Shown here: positions 18,621-28,722 of the stretch, in pieces
Position numbering within the stretch: the stretch's first letter is position 1
How the letters are laid out: every line of letters begins with the position of its first letter
The notes under the pieces: generated by a model
Seen by the model: the letters and a program-made list of their open reading frames with translations, nothing else
Told to the model about the DNA's origin: nothing
Databases searched by the model: none
NCBI GenBank assembly: GCA_027623675.1
Contig: JAQBVF010000009.1
Coordinates: forward strand, 42,113 to 106,112
DNA length: 64,000 bases
Source: Chloroflexota bacterium
Lineage (GTDB): Bacteria > Chloroflexota > Dehalococcoidia > Lucifugimonadales > UBA3495
Direction of reading: 5' to 3'
Program-made: the position numbers and the translations under genes

Positions 18621-18924
18621 GCAGCATTATAAGCTATACCGGTACGGGGTTATTTGTTGTAAACAATGTCCGGGTCATCAGATTTGCCAGGCCCAACAGT
18701 TAGACCTCCGGCTGATTGTCCCTTTGATGATTGATGCACTCGGCGGCCGTCCTCGCCGGCATGGTCTGGCCTCCGTTGACCGAGTGCGCGATTCCGGGTG
18801 GTCGACTCCGGCGGTGGGATCCAACCAAGGGCTGCCACAACCTCGTTGCCCCGGACCGCCAAAGGCGTTAACATTCGCCTGCTGAGGCTTGGAACTCGCG
18901 GCAAGCGATAAAAGGAGAATCAAA

Positions 18925-19242
18925 ATGTACGTGGTAATCGTGCCCATACAGATCATGGAAGGACACCGGGACGAGTTCCTGGAAGCACTGATGGTAGACG
19001 CCAAAGGGGCCAACAACGACGAGCCGGGGTGCCTGCGGTTCGACGCGGTCCAAGACGCCGAAGACGACCACCGCATCTGGCTGTATGAGGTATACAAGGA
19101 CGAAGACGCCTTCAAGGCCCACCTGGCGGCCCCCCATTTCGCCGTGTTCAAAGAGGCCGCCGACAAATGGCGGGTAGAAGGCATCCAGGGTTCCGCGCGG
19201 GGCAGCAAGAACCTTTGGCCCACCGACGCCGACTGGCGGTAG
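18925..19242 (+). CDS. Putative quinol monooxygenase (ABM/LsrG-like)
   Basis: EPGCLRFD, LYEVYKDEDAFKAHLAAPHF; AAGGAG RBS. Confidence 0.9.
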   Translation: MYVVIVPIQIMEGHRDEFLEALMVDAKGANNDEPGCLRFDAVQDAEDDHRIWLYEVYKDEDAFKAHLAAPHFAVFKEAADKWRVEGIQGSARGSKNLWPTDADWR

Positions 19243-19298
19243 CGGTACGGGAGTGATGTCCAGCAGCATCAAGATTGAGACGAATCTGGAGGATAGCC

Positions 19299-19694
19299 AT
19301 GGCTAAAACCATCCTTCAAAGCTCTAGGGTGTCCGCGCCCGCCGGGATAATGTCCCAGGGGGTGGAGGTCCAAGCAGGTAAGATGGTGTTTGTGTCGGGT
19401 CAGGTAGCACGAGACTTGGACGGCAGTGTTGTGGGCGTGGGCGATGTCGCGATGCAGACCAGAAAGGTGCTGCAGAACATGCAGGCGGTGCTGGCCGAGT
19501 CCGGGGCCACCATGGACGACGTGGTGAAGGTCACCGTGTTCGTCACGAATCTGGAAAAGCATTTCGCCGATATCCACAAGGTGCGCGGCGAGTTTTTCAA
19601 GAGCGACTACCCCGCCAGCACCATGGTGGAGGTGAAATCACTGGTCCACGAGGACATGCTGATCGAGATCGAGGCCATCGCGGTGATGCATTAA
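19299..19694 (+). CDS. RidA/YjgF family protein
   Basis: VFVSGQVA, DVVKVTVF, PASTMVEV, LIEIEAIA. Confidence 0.92.
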   Translation: MAKTILQSSRVSAPAGIMSQGVEVQAGKMVFVSGQVARDLDGSVVGVGDVAMQTRKVLQNMQAVLAESGATMDDVVKVTVFVTNLEKHFADIHKVRGEFFKSDYPASTMVEVKSLVHEDMLIEIEAIAVMH

Positions 19695-19736
19695 GAGCCG
19701 CCGGCCAACAGCTAGCAACCCTTTAGGTAATTAACC

Positions 19737-20008
19737 TGAGTCATCCCGGAGTTTCATCGCGGTCGGCACGCTTCCGGGCAGATGCCGTCATTTCAACTTC
19801 CGTAGAAATGACGCTCGTGCCTAGCAACCACACTCGGTACCTGTCATTCTGATCCTTCCGCAGAGGGAGAAGAATCTCTTTGCTTGACTTCAAAGTTGCT
19901 AGCGTTCCGCCGGACCAGCAGTTGGTCTACCATCAGCAACGAGATTCCTCGCATCGCTCGAAATGACCAACACGGCGGCATTCACCCGGCCAACTCCGGA
20001 ATGACTCA
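19737..20008. repeat. MITE/REPIN-like non-coding element with 17-bp terminal inverted repeats and nested palindromes
   Basis: TGAGTCATCCCGGAGTT (19737-19753) versus AACTCCGGAATGACTCA (19992-20008), 16/17 complementary; internal CGTCATTTC/GAAATGACG hairpin and a GTCATTCTGA...AAGAATCT...GAGATTCCTC...AAATGAC element. Confidence 0.6.
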
Positions 20009-20362
20009 TGTTTGTTGGCGTGCGAGAACAGGTTCACTGGGCGATGCCATTGGTCCCGCGGCGTCTCGTGGAAGCACTCGATGCCGTGACCGCCGGTATT
20101 GGGTTTACTGGGGTCCGGGGTTCTTTGCCGTACCTAGATGTTGTTCGAGTCCATCGCCCGAACGACCGGGCAGCCACCCGAATAACCCGACTGCCGAATA
20201 CCCCAGGTCTCGAGGGCAAGTCGCCCCATCGTCGAATCAGGGCCGCCAGCCTGGGTCGAAATGATACATGGTATTACGATCGCGGTCCATGTCTCCGGTC
20301 AGGCTCGGGTGATACAATGAACCAGCCGGAGCGATAGACTCGGCACCCCCCCTTTCCTCGAT

Positions 20363-20435
20363 GGGCCGTTAGCTCAGTTGGCAGAGCACCGGACTTTTAA
20401 TCCGGGTGTCGTGGGTTCGACCCCCACACGGCCCA
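20363..20435 (+). tRNA. tRNA-Lys (anticodon TTT), CCA not encoded
   Basis: Acceptor stem GGGCCGT/ACGGCCC, D-arm AGCTCAGTTGGCAGAGC, anticodon arm CCGGA-CTTTTAA-TCCGG, GGTTCGA T-loop. Confidence 0.97.
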
Positions 20436-20670
20436 CTTCTACTTCCTCGGTTTTGACAGACACCTAGCCACTGCTTGGTCTGGAGCATCAGGCCATACGG
20501 CTCGGCGCCCATTGGCTCCCTCCTCGGTGTCGTCAACGGTTCTTTGATAAACGTTGGATCACCCGGTCGCCACGGCGACTCATCCATTGCAAAGACATCA
20601 CGATAGGCAGTAGTCATCCGTCCGGGGAAAGACGGCGAGTCAATCTGGCCGGGTAGTATCATATCGAGAC

Positions 20671-21141
20671 ATGATTCTGATAGTGAAGTTACTATTTGTC
20701 GCCCTCGCAGTAAGCCTGCTTGCCGGTTGCGCGACATCCAGAACCATCTCCGGCGCTCTCGATTCCGAAGCAACGAACAACATTGAAGTAGTCAGGATTA
20801 TCGACGGCGATACTCTAGATGTCTTGATCTCCGGCGTCCCGCATAGGGTCCGGCTATTTGGGGTCGACACACCTGAGTGGGGAGAGCCGTGTTACCAGGA
20901 AGCAAGCGACCGCCTGCGGCAACTGGCCGGTGACGTAGCGCGTATCGAGGCTGGGCCGAGGGCTGAAGATACCTACGGCAGACTGTTGTTCTATCTTTAT
21001 ACTCTAGACGGAGAAAGCATTGACGCGACGCTGATCTCAGAAGGCTTGGCTAAAGCCCGGACCGGCGACGGCCAGTACCGAGACCTTCTGGTCAACCTGG
21101 AGGAGGAAGCTAGGACGCAGGGAGTTGGTTGCCTGTGGTGA
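20671..21141 (+). CDS. Thermonuclease (SNase-like) lipoprotein
   Basis: Lipobox LAGC; IIDGDT, VRLFGVDTPE, DTYGRLL, GLA, EARTQGVGCLW. Confidence 0.9.
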   Translation: MILIVKLLFVALAVSLLAGCATSRTISGALDSEATNNIEVVRIIDGDTLDVLISGVPHRVRLFGVDTPEWGEPCYQEASDRLRQLAGDVARIEAGPRAEDTYGRLLFYLYTLDGESIDATLISEGLAKARTGDGQYRDLLVNLEEEARTQGVGCLW

Positions 21142-21166
21142 TTTCGGCGGCCCGGAACGAATTCTG

Positions 21167-21205
21167 ATACGAAAGCCCCCGATGTGATATCGGGGGCTTT
21201 CGTAT
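21167..21205. terminator. Bidirectional terminator hairpin
   Basis: ATACGAAAGCCCCCGAT-N5-ATCGGGGGCTTTCGTAT between convergent genes. Confidence 0.8.
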
Positions 21206-21249
21206 TTCTGCTGGAGATCTGGCCCACTGCCCGGCGACGGGGTGCCCCG

Positions 21250-22692
21250 CTACGACTCGGTGCCGGACAGCATGTACATCTTGCCTCCGGAGGCGACGGC
21301 GACCCTGCCGGTATTGGCGCCGACCGCCAGGCTGGTGATTGGACCGCCGAGATATACCTCCCACAGCTTCAGACCCTGGCTGTCGAATAAGAACACCCTC
21401 CCATCGGAAGACCCGGCCGCCATGCGAGTGCCGGCGGGGTTAATAGCCACGGCCGTTATCGACGTACCCGCGACATCCACCTGGTTGATCAGTAAGCCTT
21501 GATTGTTCAGCAGGTAGATCGTGCCGTTCGCCGTTCCAGCTGCCACTCTGGCCCCCGCGTCGGCGACCGCAACATCGTTGACCGGGCCGTTGACGGCGAG
21601 CGAGAAGATTGCGGCGCCGTCGTTGTTCAGCAAAAAAACCTGGCCCGCTTGGGAGCCGACCGCCGAGCGCGTGCCGTCGCCCGAAACAGCGGAGCCGTTA
21701 ACCTGCCGGACTTCACCCGCCGGCGTCTCAAATATCCAGCGCTGCAGACCATCGGCGTTCAGAGAATGTGAATTCTGGTTCGCTGTCCCAACTGAAATCC
21801 GGCCCCCGTCGCCGGAGATGCCAACGTCGCTGACCGGGCCGCTCACCGCGACCGACCATAATTTGAACGGTCGTTCGTCCAGGAGATACGCCGTGCCGGA
21901 CGTGGTTGCCGTCCCTTGATCATCCGAGAATCCAGCCAAGATGCGGTTGCCGTCCAAGTCCATAGCCAGGCCAGTGACACTGCGCTTAACAACCCCAGGC
22001 GAAGCGTCTGCCGCACCGTCGTAGGTCCAACTCAGGACCCCGTTCGCGTTCAGATAATAAACGGCGCCGGATGATGTCCCGGCCACCGAAGTCTGTCCGT
22101 CACCCCTCATGCCCACCTGTCCGATAGTTACCCCTGTGCCACTGGCCTGGAAGGTCCATAGCAGTTGGTTCGGCGTTGGGGTCGGTCCCGGCACAGGCGT
22201 TGGAGTAGGCGTGGGCGCAGGCGTTTTGGTCGGTTCGGGAGTACTGGTTGGCGAAGGCGTGGGTGTATTCACCGGAGTGGGCGCTGGAGTACTGGTCGGC
22301 AGCACGATGGTCGCCGTTGGCGTAGGAACCGGGGTGTTGGTGGCCAGCGGCGTGGGCACATCCGTGGGCTCGGGGGTGTCGGTTGGCGATGGCCCGGTAG
22401 TTGGTTCGGCAGTCGGTTCGGCGGTTGGGCGAGGCGTTGGCTCCATCGTGGCAGGGGATGTCGGAACCGCCGTCGCCCCGCCGCCCGCTGTCGGCGCCGG
22501 GGTCGATGAGTCCACGGTTGGCGTCGGCGCCAGCGTTCGATCGGCAACGCCAGTCGACGGAGGGGGCGTCTGGGTGAACAAGGCGTTCGACCCACTGCCG
22601 CAGGCAGCGGTGAATAATGCCAGGAGAACGGCTGAGAGGCCGAGTCCCATGGACCGTCTAGACACCACTCTCAGAACAGGAATTCTCAACAT
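21250..22692 (-). CDS. Lipoprotein with Pro/Thr-rich linker and WD40/PQQ-like beta-propeller
   Basis: Lipobox TAACG; ~140-aa PT-rich stretch; repeated ~40-aa units (VxxVAVSxDGxRVAAGTxxGxVYLL...LW). Confidence 0.8.
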   Translation of the reverse strand: MLRIPVLRVVSRRSMGLGLSAVLLALFTAACGSGSNALFTQTPPPSTGVADRTLAPTPTVDSSTPAPTAGGGATAVPTSPATMEPTPRPTAEPTAEPTTGPSPTDTPEPTDVPTPLATNTPVPTPTATIVLPTSTPAPTPVNTPTPSPTSTPEPTKTPAPTPTPTPVPGPTPTPNQLLWTFQASGTGVTIGQVGMRGDGQTSVAGTSSGAVYYLNANGVLSWTYDGAADASPGVVKRSVTGLAMDLDGNRILAGFSDDQGTATTSGTAYLLDERPFKLWSVAVSGPVSDVGISGDGGRISVGTANQNSHSLNADGLQRWIFETPAGEVRQVNGSAVSGDGTRSAVGSQAGQVFLLNNDGAAIFSLAVNGPVNDVAVADAGARVAAGTANGTIYLLNNQGLLINQVDVAGTSITAVAINPAGTRMAAGSSDGRVFLFDSQGLKLWEVYLGGPITSLAVGANTGRVAVASGGKMYMLSGTES

Positions 22693-22954
22693 CGCTCCTC
22701 ACCGCCCAACCACACCTTTACCGGGGGTGTTTCGAGCGATTATAGCAACCTGGCACGTGCTGCCCCCGAACCGTCGCATGCACGTTTCAAGTTGAATGTT
22801 ACCGCAACGCCAGGCTGTGGGGTGGGTCGCCGGCTTTGGCCGATCGCCGCTCGGCCAAGCACACCACGGTTGGAACCGTGGCCGCTATAATCTCTTTGGG
22901 CCATCGCCCACCGAAGTCAGAGCCGGGAGACACGCGTTGGAAGCAGACCCAAAC

Positions 22955-23428
22955 ATGCAAAAGCGTCTCAACCACGCCGTTCAAACCGGCCTGATATCCG
23001 CCGCGCTGGTGGGGGTCAGCATCGGCATCCTGTTTGGCTTGACCCACTCGGTCCAGATCGGAGCGGCGTTGATCGACGCCATCGACATCTACGGCGACTC
23101 GGCCGCCGTCACCTTTGACACCGGCTCCCCGATGATCGCATCCGTGGTGTCGATCATCCCGGCGGTGATTGGCGGCATCGCCGGAGCGGGCGCTCCGATC
23201 GGCGCGTTGACCCTCGCCAGATGGCTGAAGCTAAGCAGTGTTGTCCGGCTCTTGTCCGGACTGGTCATCGCCGTTGGTGGAGGCGCGGCGGCGGGCGCCA
23301 TCATCATCGCCATGATCCCCCGATTCACTGCCGAAGGGGCGGCCCTGGGCGCCGGAGTGGGGACCGTGGCCGGCATCGTCTCCCTCATCTCGTTCCAGCT
23401 CCATTCCGGTCCGGGCGACAGCTTCTGA
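22955..23428 (+). CDS. Hypothetical membrane protein
   Basis: Four Gly/Ala-rich hydrophobic segments; start uncertain. Confidence 0.6.
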   Translation: MQKRLNHAVQTGLISAALVGVSIGILFGLTHSVQIGAALIDAIDIYGDSAAVTFDTGSPMIASVVSIIPAVIGGIAGAGAPIGALTLARWLKLSSVVRLLSGLVIAVGGGAAAGAIIIAMIPRFTAEGAALGAGVGTVAGIVSLISFQLHSGPGDSF

Positions 23429-23451
23429 TCCCATCTAAGACTGCGGCGCAG

Positions 23452-24837
23452 ATGGGCCGGCACGACCAATGGCCTGATGGCCGAGCCAGGCTTCTGACAC
23501 CGTTCTTCCTGCTGGCGGCGGCTTTGCTGGTTGCGTCGTCCGGCTGCGGAGGCTCCCCCACGGCCACCCGTAGCGCCGCGACGCAAGCGGATCCAGCCGG
23601 TGCGTCCAACGTTAAATCTGAGCTTGAGGTCGCCTCTACGCCCACCATCTACGCCTACACTCACCAGAATCCCGACGGCAATCGATATCTTGAGGGACGG
23701 GGCAATCTGCCCAACGCCCAAGTCCTGGACATAGAGCTTGCCGGCGCCCCCCGGTGGCTGGTGGCGGCGCCCTTCGGTGGCGGGAGCATCTGGGTAGCAG
23801 CGCTGGAAGACAACACCACCCAGGCGTTCTTGGTGATAGACGGTCAGGCGAAGGAGACAGCCATTTCTCCCGCGTCTCTGCCCTTTGGCGGTCCTCCGTT
23901 GCTCGCCGTGTCGGGCGGCCAGGCGTTTCTGGTGACGGCGCCATCAGACGCAGCTTCGGTGATCACCCACCCGGTCCCCATGGGCGATTCGGGCCGGCTG
24001 GCGTTCATCGAATCCGGGGGCGATCTAGTGGTCTGGGAGAACGGCCCGGACGGTTTTGAAATAGACCGGTTGGCGGTGGATGCCCTGCCCGACGCCCGCC
24101 TCCTGGTGGACGAGCAGGAACGCGTGCTGCTGCTGACCAAGCCGTCGACACGCTACCCGCACGGCATAGCGGGAGACCGGTTGGAGGCCACCGCGATCAC
24201 GCTTCTTGAGACTCAGCCGACTCTGCGTGTGGTGGGCCAGATCGCCATCCCCGGCCAAACCGTGGTGGAGGGCATCTCGCCCATCTGGGCCGACCTGAAC
24301 GGCGACGGTCAGCGAGAGATCATCGTCACCCAGAGCGACGCCGAGCAGGGCGCTCAGGTCGTGGTCTACGCGGAGTCGGGGGAAATGACCGCGTCTGGGC
24401 CGGCGGTTGGCCGCGGCAGCCGCTGGCGGCACCAACTTGCCGTGGCCCCATTTGGCGTGGGCGGCGAGATCGAACTGGCCGAGGTCGCAACGCCTCACAT
24501 CGGCGGGATAGCCGGGTTCTACCAACTGGACGGCAGCGACCTAGACCTGGTGGCGCAGCTGGGTGGCGTCACCTCCCACCCATTGGGCACGCGCAACCTG
24601 GATATGGGCCTGGCGGGAGACTTGGACGGCGACGGCCAGCCCGAGTTGGTGGTATTCGATCAACGGTTCGAGGAACTCACCGCGCTGCGCCGCACCCGCG
24701 ACGGAGTTGAGTTAGCCTGGCAAACGCCTGTCGGCGGCACAGCGGCGACCAACCTTGCTTCCGAGGTGTCCGGTGGCGGAATAACCCTAGGCGTAGGGCG
24801 CAAAGACAAGACACTGCGTATCTGGCTCGGCCCTTAG
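23452..24837 (+). CDS. FG-GAP/VCBS-repeat-containing lipoprotein
   Basis: Signal peptide ending SSGC; ADLNGDGQREIIV and GDLDGDGQPELVV Ca-binding loops. Confidence 0.75.
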   Translation: MGRHDQWPDGRARLLTPFFLLAAALLVASSGCGGSPTATRSAATQADPAGASNVKSELEVASTPTIYAYTHQNPDGNRYLEGRGNLPNAQVLDIELAGAPRWLVAAPFGGGSIWVAALEDNTTQAFLVIDGQAKETAISPASLPFGGPPLLAVSGGQAFLVTAPSDAASVITHPVPMGDSGRLAFIESGGDLVVWENGPDGFEIDRLAVDALPDARLLVDEQERVLLLTKPSTRYPHGIAGDRLEATAITLLETQPTLRVVGQIAIPGQTVVEGISPIWADLNGDGQREIIVTQSDAEQGAQVVVYAESGEMTASGPAVGRGSRWRHQLAVAPFGVGGEIELAEVATPHIGGIAGFYQLDGSDLDLVAQLGGVTSHPLGTRNLDMGLAGDLDGDGQPELVVFDQRFEELTALRRTRDGVELAWQTPVGGTAATNLASEVSGGGITLGVGRKDKTLRIWLGP

Positions 24838-24892
24838 AGCAGCCTGGTAGCATGCGCAGCCCAGTTGGTGAAACTCCTCCCGGCGCGGCAGA

Positions 24893-25921
24893 TTAAAGCT
24901 CGGCAATCATCACCCACATGGGGCCTTTACCCACGTCATAGACATCGCCGGCCTCCAGGACCCCGTCTTCTTTGATGCGGTACGAGGCCAGTTTGCCGGT
25001 GCCCAGTCCCGCGGCGTAGAGGAAGCTGCCTTGGGGGTCGATGGTGAAAGCGCGCGGCACCGCCTCAGTGGGTGTTTGGCCGATGGGCGCGATGTGTCCG
25101 TTGTTCGGGTTTACCCTGAAACCTGCGATGCTGTTGTGCCCCCGGTTGGGCGCGTACAAGAACTTGCCGTTGGGCGTGATCTGGATCTGGGAACAGGAGT
25201 TCTCGCCGTGGTACCCGCTGGGCAGCGTGGACACGGTCTGGGCAGGGTGTAGATTGCCCTTGTCAGGGTCCAAAGTGTAGAGCGTAACGCTGCTGCCCTG
25301 CTCGTTGGACGCGTAGACCAGGTCCTTCGTCGGATGGAAACACAGATGGCGTGGGCCTTCCATCTCCCGGTTGTTGGTCCGGGTCGGTGAGAGCGGAGTT
25401 AGCCGTCCGGTCTTCTCATTGAACTTGAACTGGAATATGGCGTTGGCCCCTTTCATCGAGCCGTTGGCGATGTGGGGAACGTAGGCGTACCGGTTGGTAG
25501 GGTCGGTCTGGATGTAATGCGCGCCGATGTCGGTCTCGCGCCAGACCACGGGCGGATCGGCCAGAGCGCCGTCGTCGCCGATCCTGTGCACCCCAACGGA
25601 CTTCTGATAGTAGTACGCCGACAGCAGGAATCTGCCCGTCCTGTCTGTGGAGATATGCACCGGGTCCCCTTGAAGCGGGATAGAACCGATGGGTGAAAGT
25701 CCGCCATTCTTCGGGTCTATATTGAAACTTGAAAGTCCATATTCGTCGGCTTTGCGGCGGCCTGCGAAGAGGTACTTCCGGTCTGGGTCCATCGCCATGG
25801 GAGCCGGGCGTCCCTTGAGTTCCGCGTCACCTAGATGCTTCAGCTTGCCAGTCTTCGGTGTCATGCTGAAGATGGCAATACGATCTTCTTCCTGAATGGA
25901 AAGGTACATGTAGTAAGCCAA
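24893..25921 (-). CDS. Lactonase family beta-propeller (6-phosphogluconolactonase-like)
   Basis: GPRHLCFHP, QTVSTLP, ITPNGKFLYAPNRGHNSIA, PRAFTIDPQG; probable TTG start. Confidence 0.9.
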   Translation of the reverse strand: MAYYMYLSIQEEDRIAIFSMTPKTGKLKHLGDAELKGRPAPMAMDPDRKYLFAGRRKADEYGLSSFNIDPKNGGLSPIGSIPLQGDPVHISTDRTGRFLLSAYYYQKSVGVHRIGDDGALADPPVVWRETDIGAHYIQTDPTNRYAYVPHIANGSMKGANAIFQFKFNEKTGRLTPLSPTRTNNREMEGPRHLCFHPTKDLVYASNEQGSSVTLYTLDPDKGNLHPAQTVSTLPSGYHGENSCSQIQITPNGKFLYAPNRGHNSIAGFRVNPNNGHIAPIGQTPTEAVPRAFTIDPQGSFLYAAGLGTGKLASYRIKEDGVLEAGDVYDVGKGPMWVMIAEL

Positions 25922-26192
25922 TGCCTTGCCTCCGCCGGAGTAATGTTGCCGGGCCGGGAATGATGTTACCACTCTATCGGCGAAAATGCGTACTCAGCGG
26001 CTCCATTTTAAGCAACGCGTTGGGCAAAGCGACGCGGGGACCGCCCATGGGACGCAGACTAATAGGCCGGTCTACTGCTATACTGTAATGAGCAACAAAC
26101 GCGCGGCGCTGCCGCGAAACTAGAATGACCGTGCCCATGGGACTGAGAGTGTGACTTGGCTCGGGAACGCAGTCAAGGAGTACGCCCTCTCA

Positions 26193-28127
26193 ATGAGTTT
26201 CCAAAGGTTTTCCCTGCATCCCCTCGTCTTGGCCGGGGTTGAATCCGTGGGTTTCACCAAACCCACCCCCATCCAAGAGCAATCCATCCCCCCCGCCATG
26301 GCCGGACGCGACGTCCTGGGACTGGCCCAAACCGGCACCGGCAAGACCGCCGCTTTCGCCCTCCCCATCCTGCACCACCTGGCCACCACCCCCGCCAAGA
26401 AAGGCATCCGCTGTTTGGTGATAGCGCCGACCCGGGAGTTGGCCGAACAGATTCACGACACCTTCAATACCCTGGGCGTCCACCTGCGCATCAAGAGCGT
26501 CTCGATCTACGGAGGTGTAGCCAAGGGACCCCAACTGGGCGCCGTGCGCCGCGGAGCGCAGGTGGTTGTGGCCTGCCCCGGCAGATTGCTTGACCACGTG
26601 CAAGCCAAGGACATCAACCTGTCGGGCGTGGAGATATTGGTCCTCGACGAAGCCGACACCATGTTCGACATGGGGTTCCTGCCCGACGTGCGCCGCATCA
26701 TCAGCCACCTGCCCGAGAAACGCCAGAACCTGATGTTCTCGGCCACCATGCCCAAGGAGATCCGCTCCCTGGCCATGACCGTGCTCAAAGACCCGGAGAC
26801 CGTCCAGATCGGGACCATTGCCCCTGCCAAGACTGTTTCCCACGCGCTCTACCCGGTCCCAGACAAGCTTAAGAAGAACCTGCTCCTCGCCCTGCTGGCC
26901 CAAACGCCCACCGGCCGGGCGCTGGTCTTCACCCGCACCAAGCACCGGGCACGCACCCTGGCATTGGACCTGGCCAAGGAGTCGTATCGCGTCACAGCCC
27001 TGCAGGGCAACATGTCGCAGACCGCCCGCCAGCGCGCGATGAACGGCTTTAGGGCCGGCAACTACGACATCCTGGTCGCCACCGACATCGCCGCCCACGG
27101 CATCGACGTGCCGGATGTCTCCCACGTGATCAATTACGACTTCCCCAACACCAGCGACACCTATACCCACCGGATCGGCCGCACCGGCAGGGCCGAACAG
27201 AGCGGCGAGGCTTTCACCCTGGCCATCGCCGAGGACCGGTCGATGGTCCGCGAAGTAGAGAGGGACCTGGGCGTCACCATTGAAAGGCGACGCCTCGATG
27301 GCTTTGACTATGGAAGCTTCAAGCCCGAAGACCAGTTCCGCGAACAGCGCCCCGGCCAGCGCCAATCCGCCCCTTATGCGGGCAACGGCGCACGCTCAAA
27401 TGGAGCGCGGTCCCATGCCGAAAATGGAAACGGCGCACGACAAGGCGGCCGTTCCGCGGGATACCGTGGCCAACGATCGGGCGACTCGCGTTTCAATGGC
27501 CCGCCGACCAGCGCCGGTCCAGGTCGCAACGAAGACGGCCGCACCCCCAACCCCCGCTCCAATGGGCCGGCATCCGGCGGACAGGCGAATGCCGACCGGA
27601 ACAGCCAGCGCCGAGAGAACCGTGTCGCAGGGGCGCCGGTTAACAGCCAGCCAGTCAGCCGTTCTGATGGTGATGCACCCCGGCAACGGACCACAGGCCG
27701 CGGGGCCGAGCCACGATTCAACGGCCCCAACGTTGACGGTCCTCGCTCAAACGGACGATCTAACGGCAATTCGTACAGCGAGGATGGGCCTCGCCGGAGC
27801 AGCGGCGGACCGCGCCAGAACAGCGCCAACCGCGGCCGGTCCAACGATTACCGGTCAAGCGGCCCCCCTGCGTCGGGTTCTACGCTAGGCCGCAGCGCCC
27901 GCAAGGAAGCTGAAGCCGGAAACCGGGCCAACAACAGTCCAAACGGTCGACGTCAAAACAGCTCTTCCGGCATCTGGAGTGGCCTGGGGCATTCCGGCGA
28001 CGATTCCACGCGCGCGCCGGGCGGGTCTCAGAGGCCCGGCGGCAATTCGCCAACCGGACGTCCAGCCCAACCGACCAAGCCACGGGGACGCTCCGTTGTC
28101 CGCCGCCAAGCCCGCCTGGCTAGGTAG
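26193..28127 (+). CDS. DEAD-box RNA helicase (RhlE-like) with long R/G/N/S-rich C-terminal tail
   Basis: Q motif PTPIQ, AQTGTGKT, PTRELA, DEAD, SAT, HRIGRTGRA; ~270-aa low-complexity tail. Confidence 0.95.
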   Translation: MSFQRFSLHPLVLAGVESVGFTKPTPIQEQSIPPAMAGRDVLGLAQTGTGKTAAFALPILHHLATTPAKKGIRCLVIAPTRELAEQIHDTFNTLGVHLRIKSVSIYGGVAKGPQLGAVRRGAQVVVACPGRLLDHVQAKDINLSGVEILVLDEADTMFDMGFLPDVRRIISHLPEKRQNLMFSATMPKEIRSLAMTVLKDPETVQIGTIAPAKTVSHALYPVPDKLKKNLLLALLAQTPTGRALVFTRTKHRARTLALDLAKESYRVTALQGNMSQTARQRAMNGFRAGNYDILVATDIAAHGIDVPDVSHVINYDFPNTSDTYTHRIGRTGRAEQSGEAFTLAIAEDRSMVREVERDLGVTIERRRLDGFDYGSFKPEDQFREQRPGQRQSAPYAGNGARSNGARSHAENGNGARQGGRSAGYRGQRSGDSRFNGPPTSAGPGRNEDGRTPNPRSNGPASGGQANADRNSQRRENRVAGAPVNSQPVSRSDGDAPRQRTTGRGAEPRFNGPNVDGPRSNGRSNGNSYSEDGPRRSSGGPRQNSANRGRSNDYRSSGPPASGSTLGRSARKEAEAGNRANNSPNGRRQNSSSGIWSGLGHSGDDSTRAPGGSQRPGGNSPTGRPAQPTKPRGRSVVRRQARLAR

Positions 28128-28141
28128 CTGCCTTAGCCCAA

Positions 28142-28531
28142 CTAGGCCCGGCGGCCAGCCCTTGTCTTCCTGTTTCCGGTCGCGAGTTGTACCTTCACGC
28201 AGACCCACGCTTGAAACAGGAAGAGCGGCAACGCTAAAACGGCGGTGACACCCATGATTAACACGCCCACCATGGGAAATGCCAGCAACGCCGTAGGGAT
28301 GAACGACAGCAGAAGGTTGCCCTGCCTTTGGTTGGCCACGTGGACGGCGACGGCCATGACCAGCGACTCGCCTACGATTCCACCGATCCCGATCCCCAGG
28401 AAAGCGGCCTCCAGACACTCCAACCCGCCGTCACACTGAGCGCCGGCGATGAACCCGCCGGCGAAGGCCCCGACGACGGCCCCGATGGACCCGGCGATGA
28501 ATGCGGTGACGTAAAGTGTGGAGAATTGCAT
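28142..28531 (-). CDS. Hypothetical membrane protein
   Basis: Four hydrophobic segments and a CDGGLEC loop. Confidence 0.65.
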   Translation of the reverse strand: MQFSTLYVTAFIAGSIGAVVGAFAGGFIAGAQCDGGLECLEAAFLGIGIGGIVGESLVMAVAVHVANQRQGNLLLSFIPTALLAFPMVGVLIMGVTAVLALPLFLFQAWVCVKVQLATGNRKTRAGRRA

Positions 28532-28657
28532 GGGCCTCTGGTGGAAAGTCTTCAGGTTGCAGGTGCGGTCGGAATCTTACTTCGATTATACCCAGGCTCC
28601 CGGCCGCTGACGTCGTCCACGAGACCATTTATCGCCGCTATGCCTTGAAACGAAATC

Positions 28658-28689
28658 AAAAAGCGCCCCTGGAGACCGGGGCGCTTTTT
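28658..28689. terminator. Terminator hairpin with A/T tracts on both sides
   Basis: AAAAAGCGCCCC-N8-GGGGCGCTTTTT. Confidence 0.8.
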
Positions 28690-28722
28690 TATTAGCATCG
28701 GCCGGACCGGGAGCCGTTTTAC

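Noticed and set aside
14900..18900. mer operon carried on a transposon
   Set aside because: No transposase, resolvase, terminal inverted repeats or target duplication were visible at either flank.
20008..20337. ORFs between the MITE-like element and tRNA-Lys
   Set aside because: No RBS, motifs or typical codon bias in any frame examined.
20363..24900. Integrative element at tRNA-Lys
   Set aside because: No integrase, and I found no duplicated tRNA 3' end (attR) in the window.
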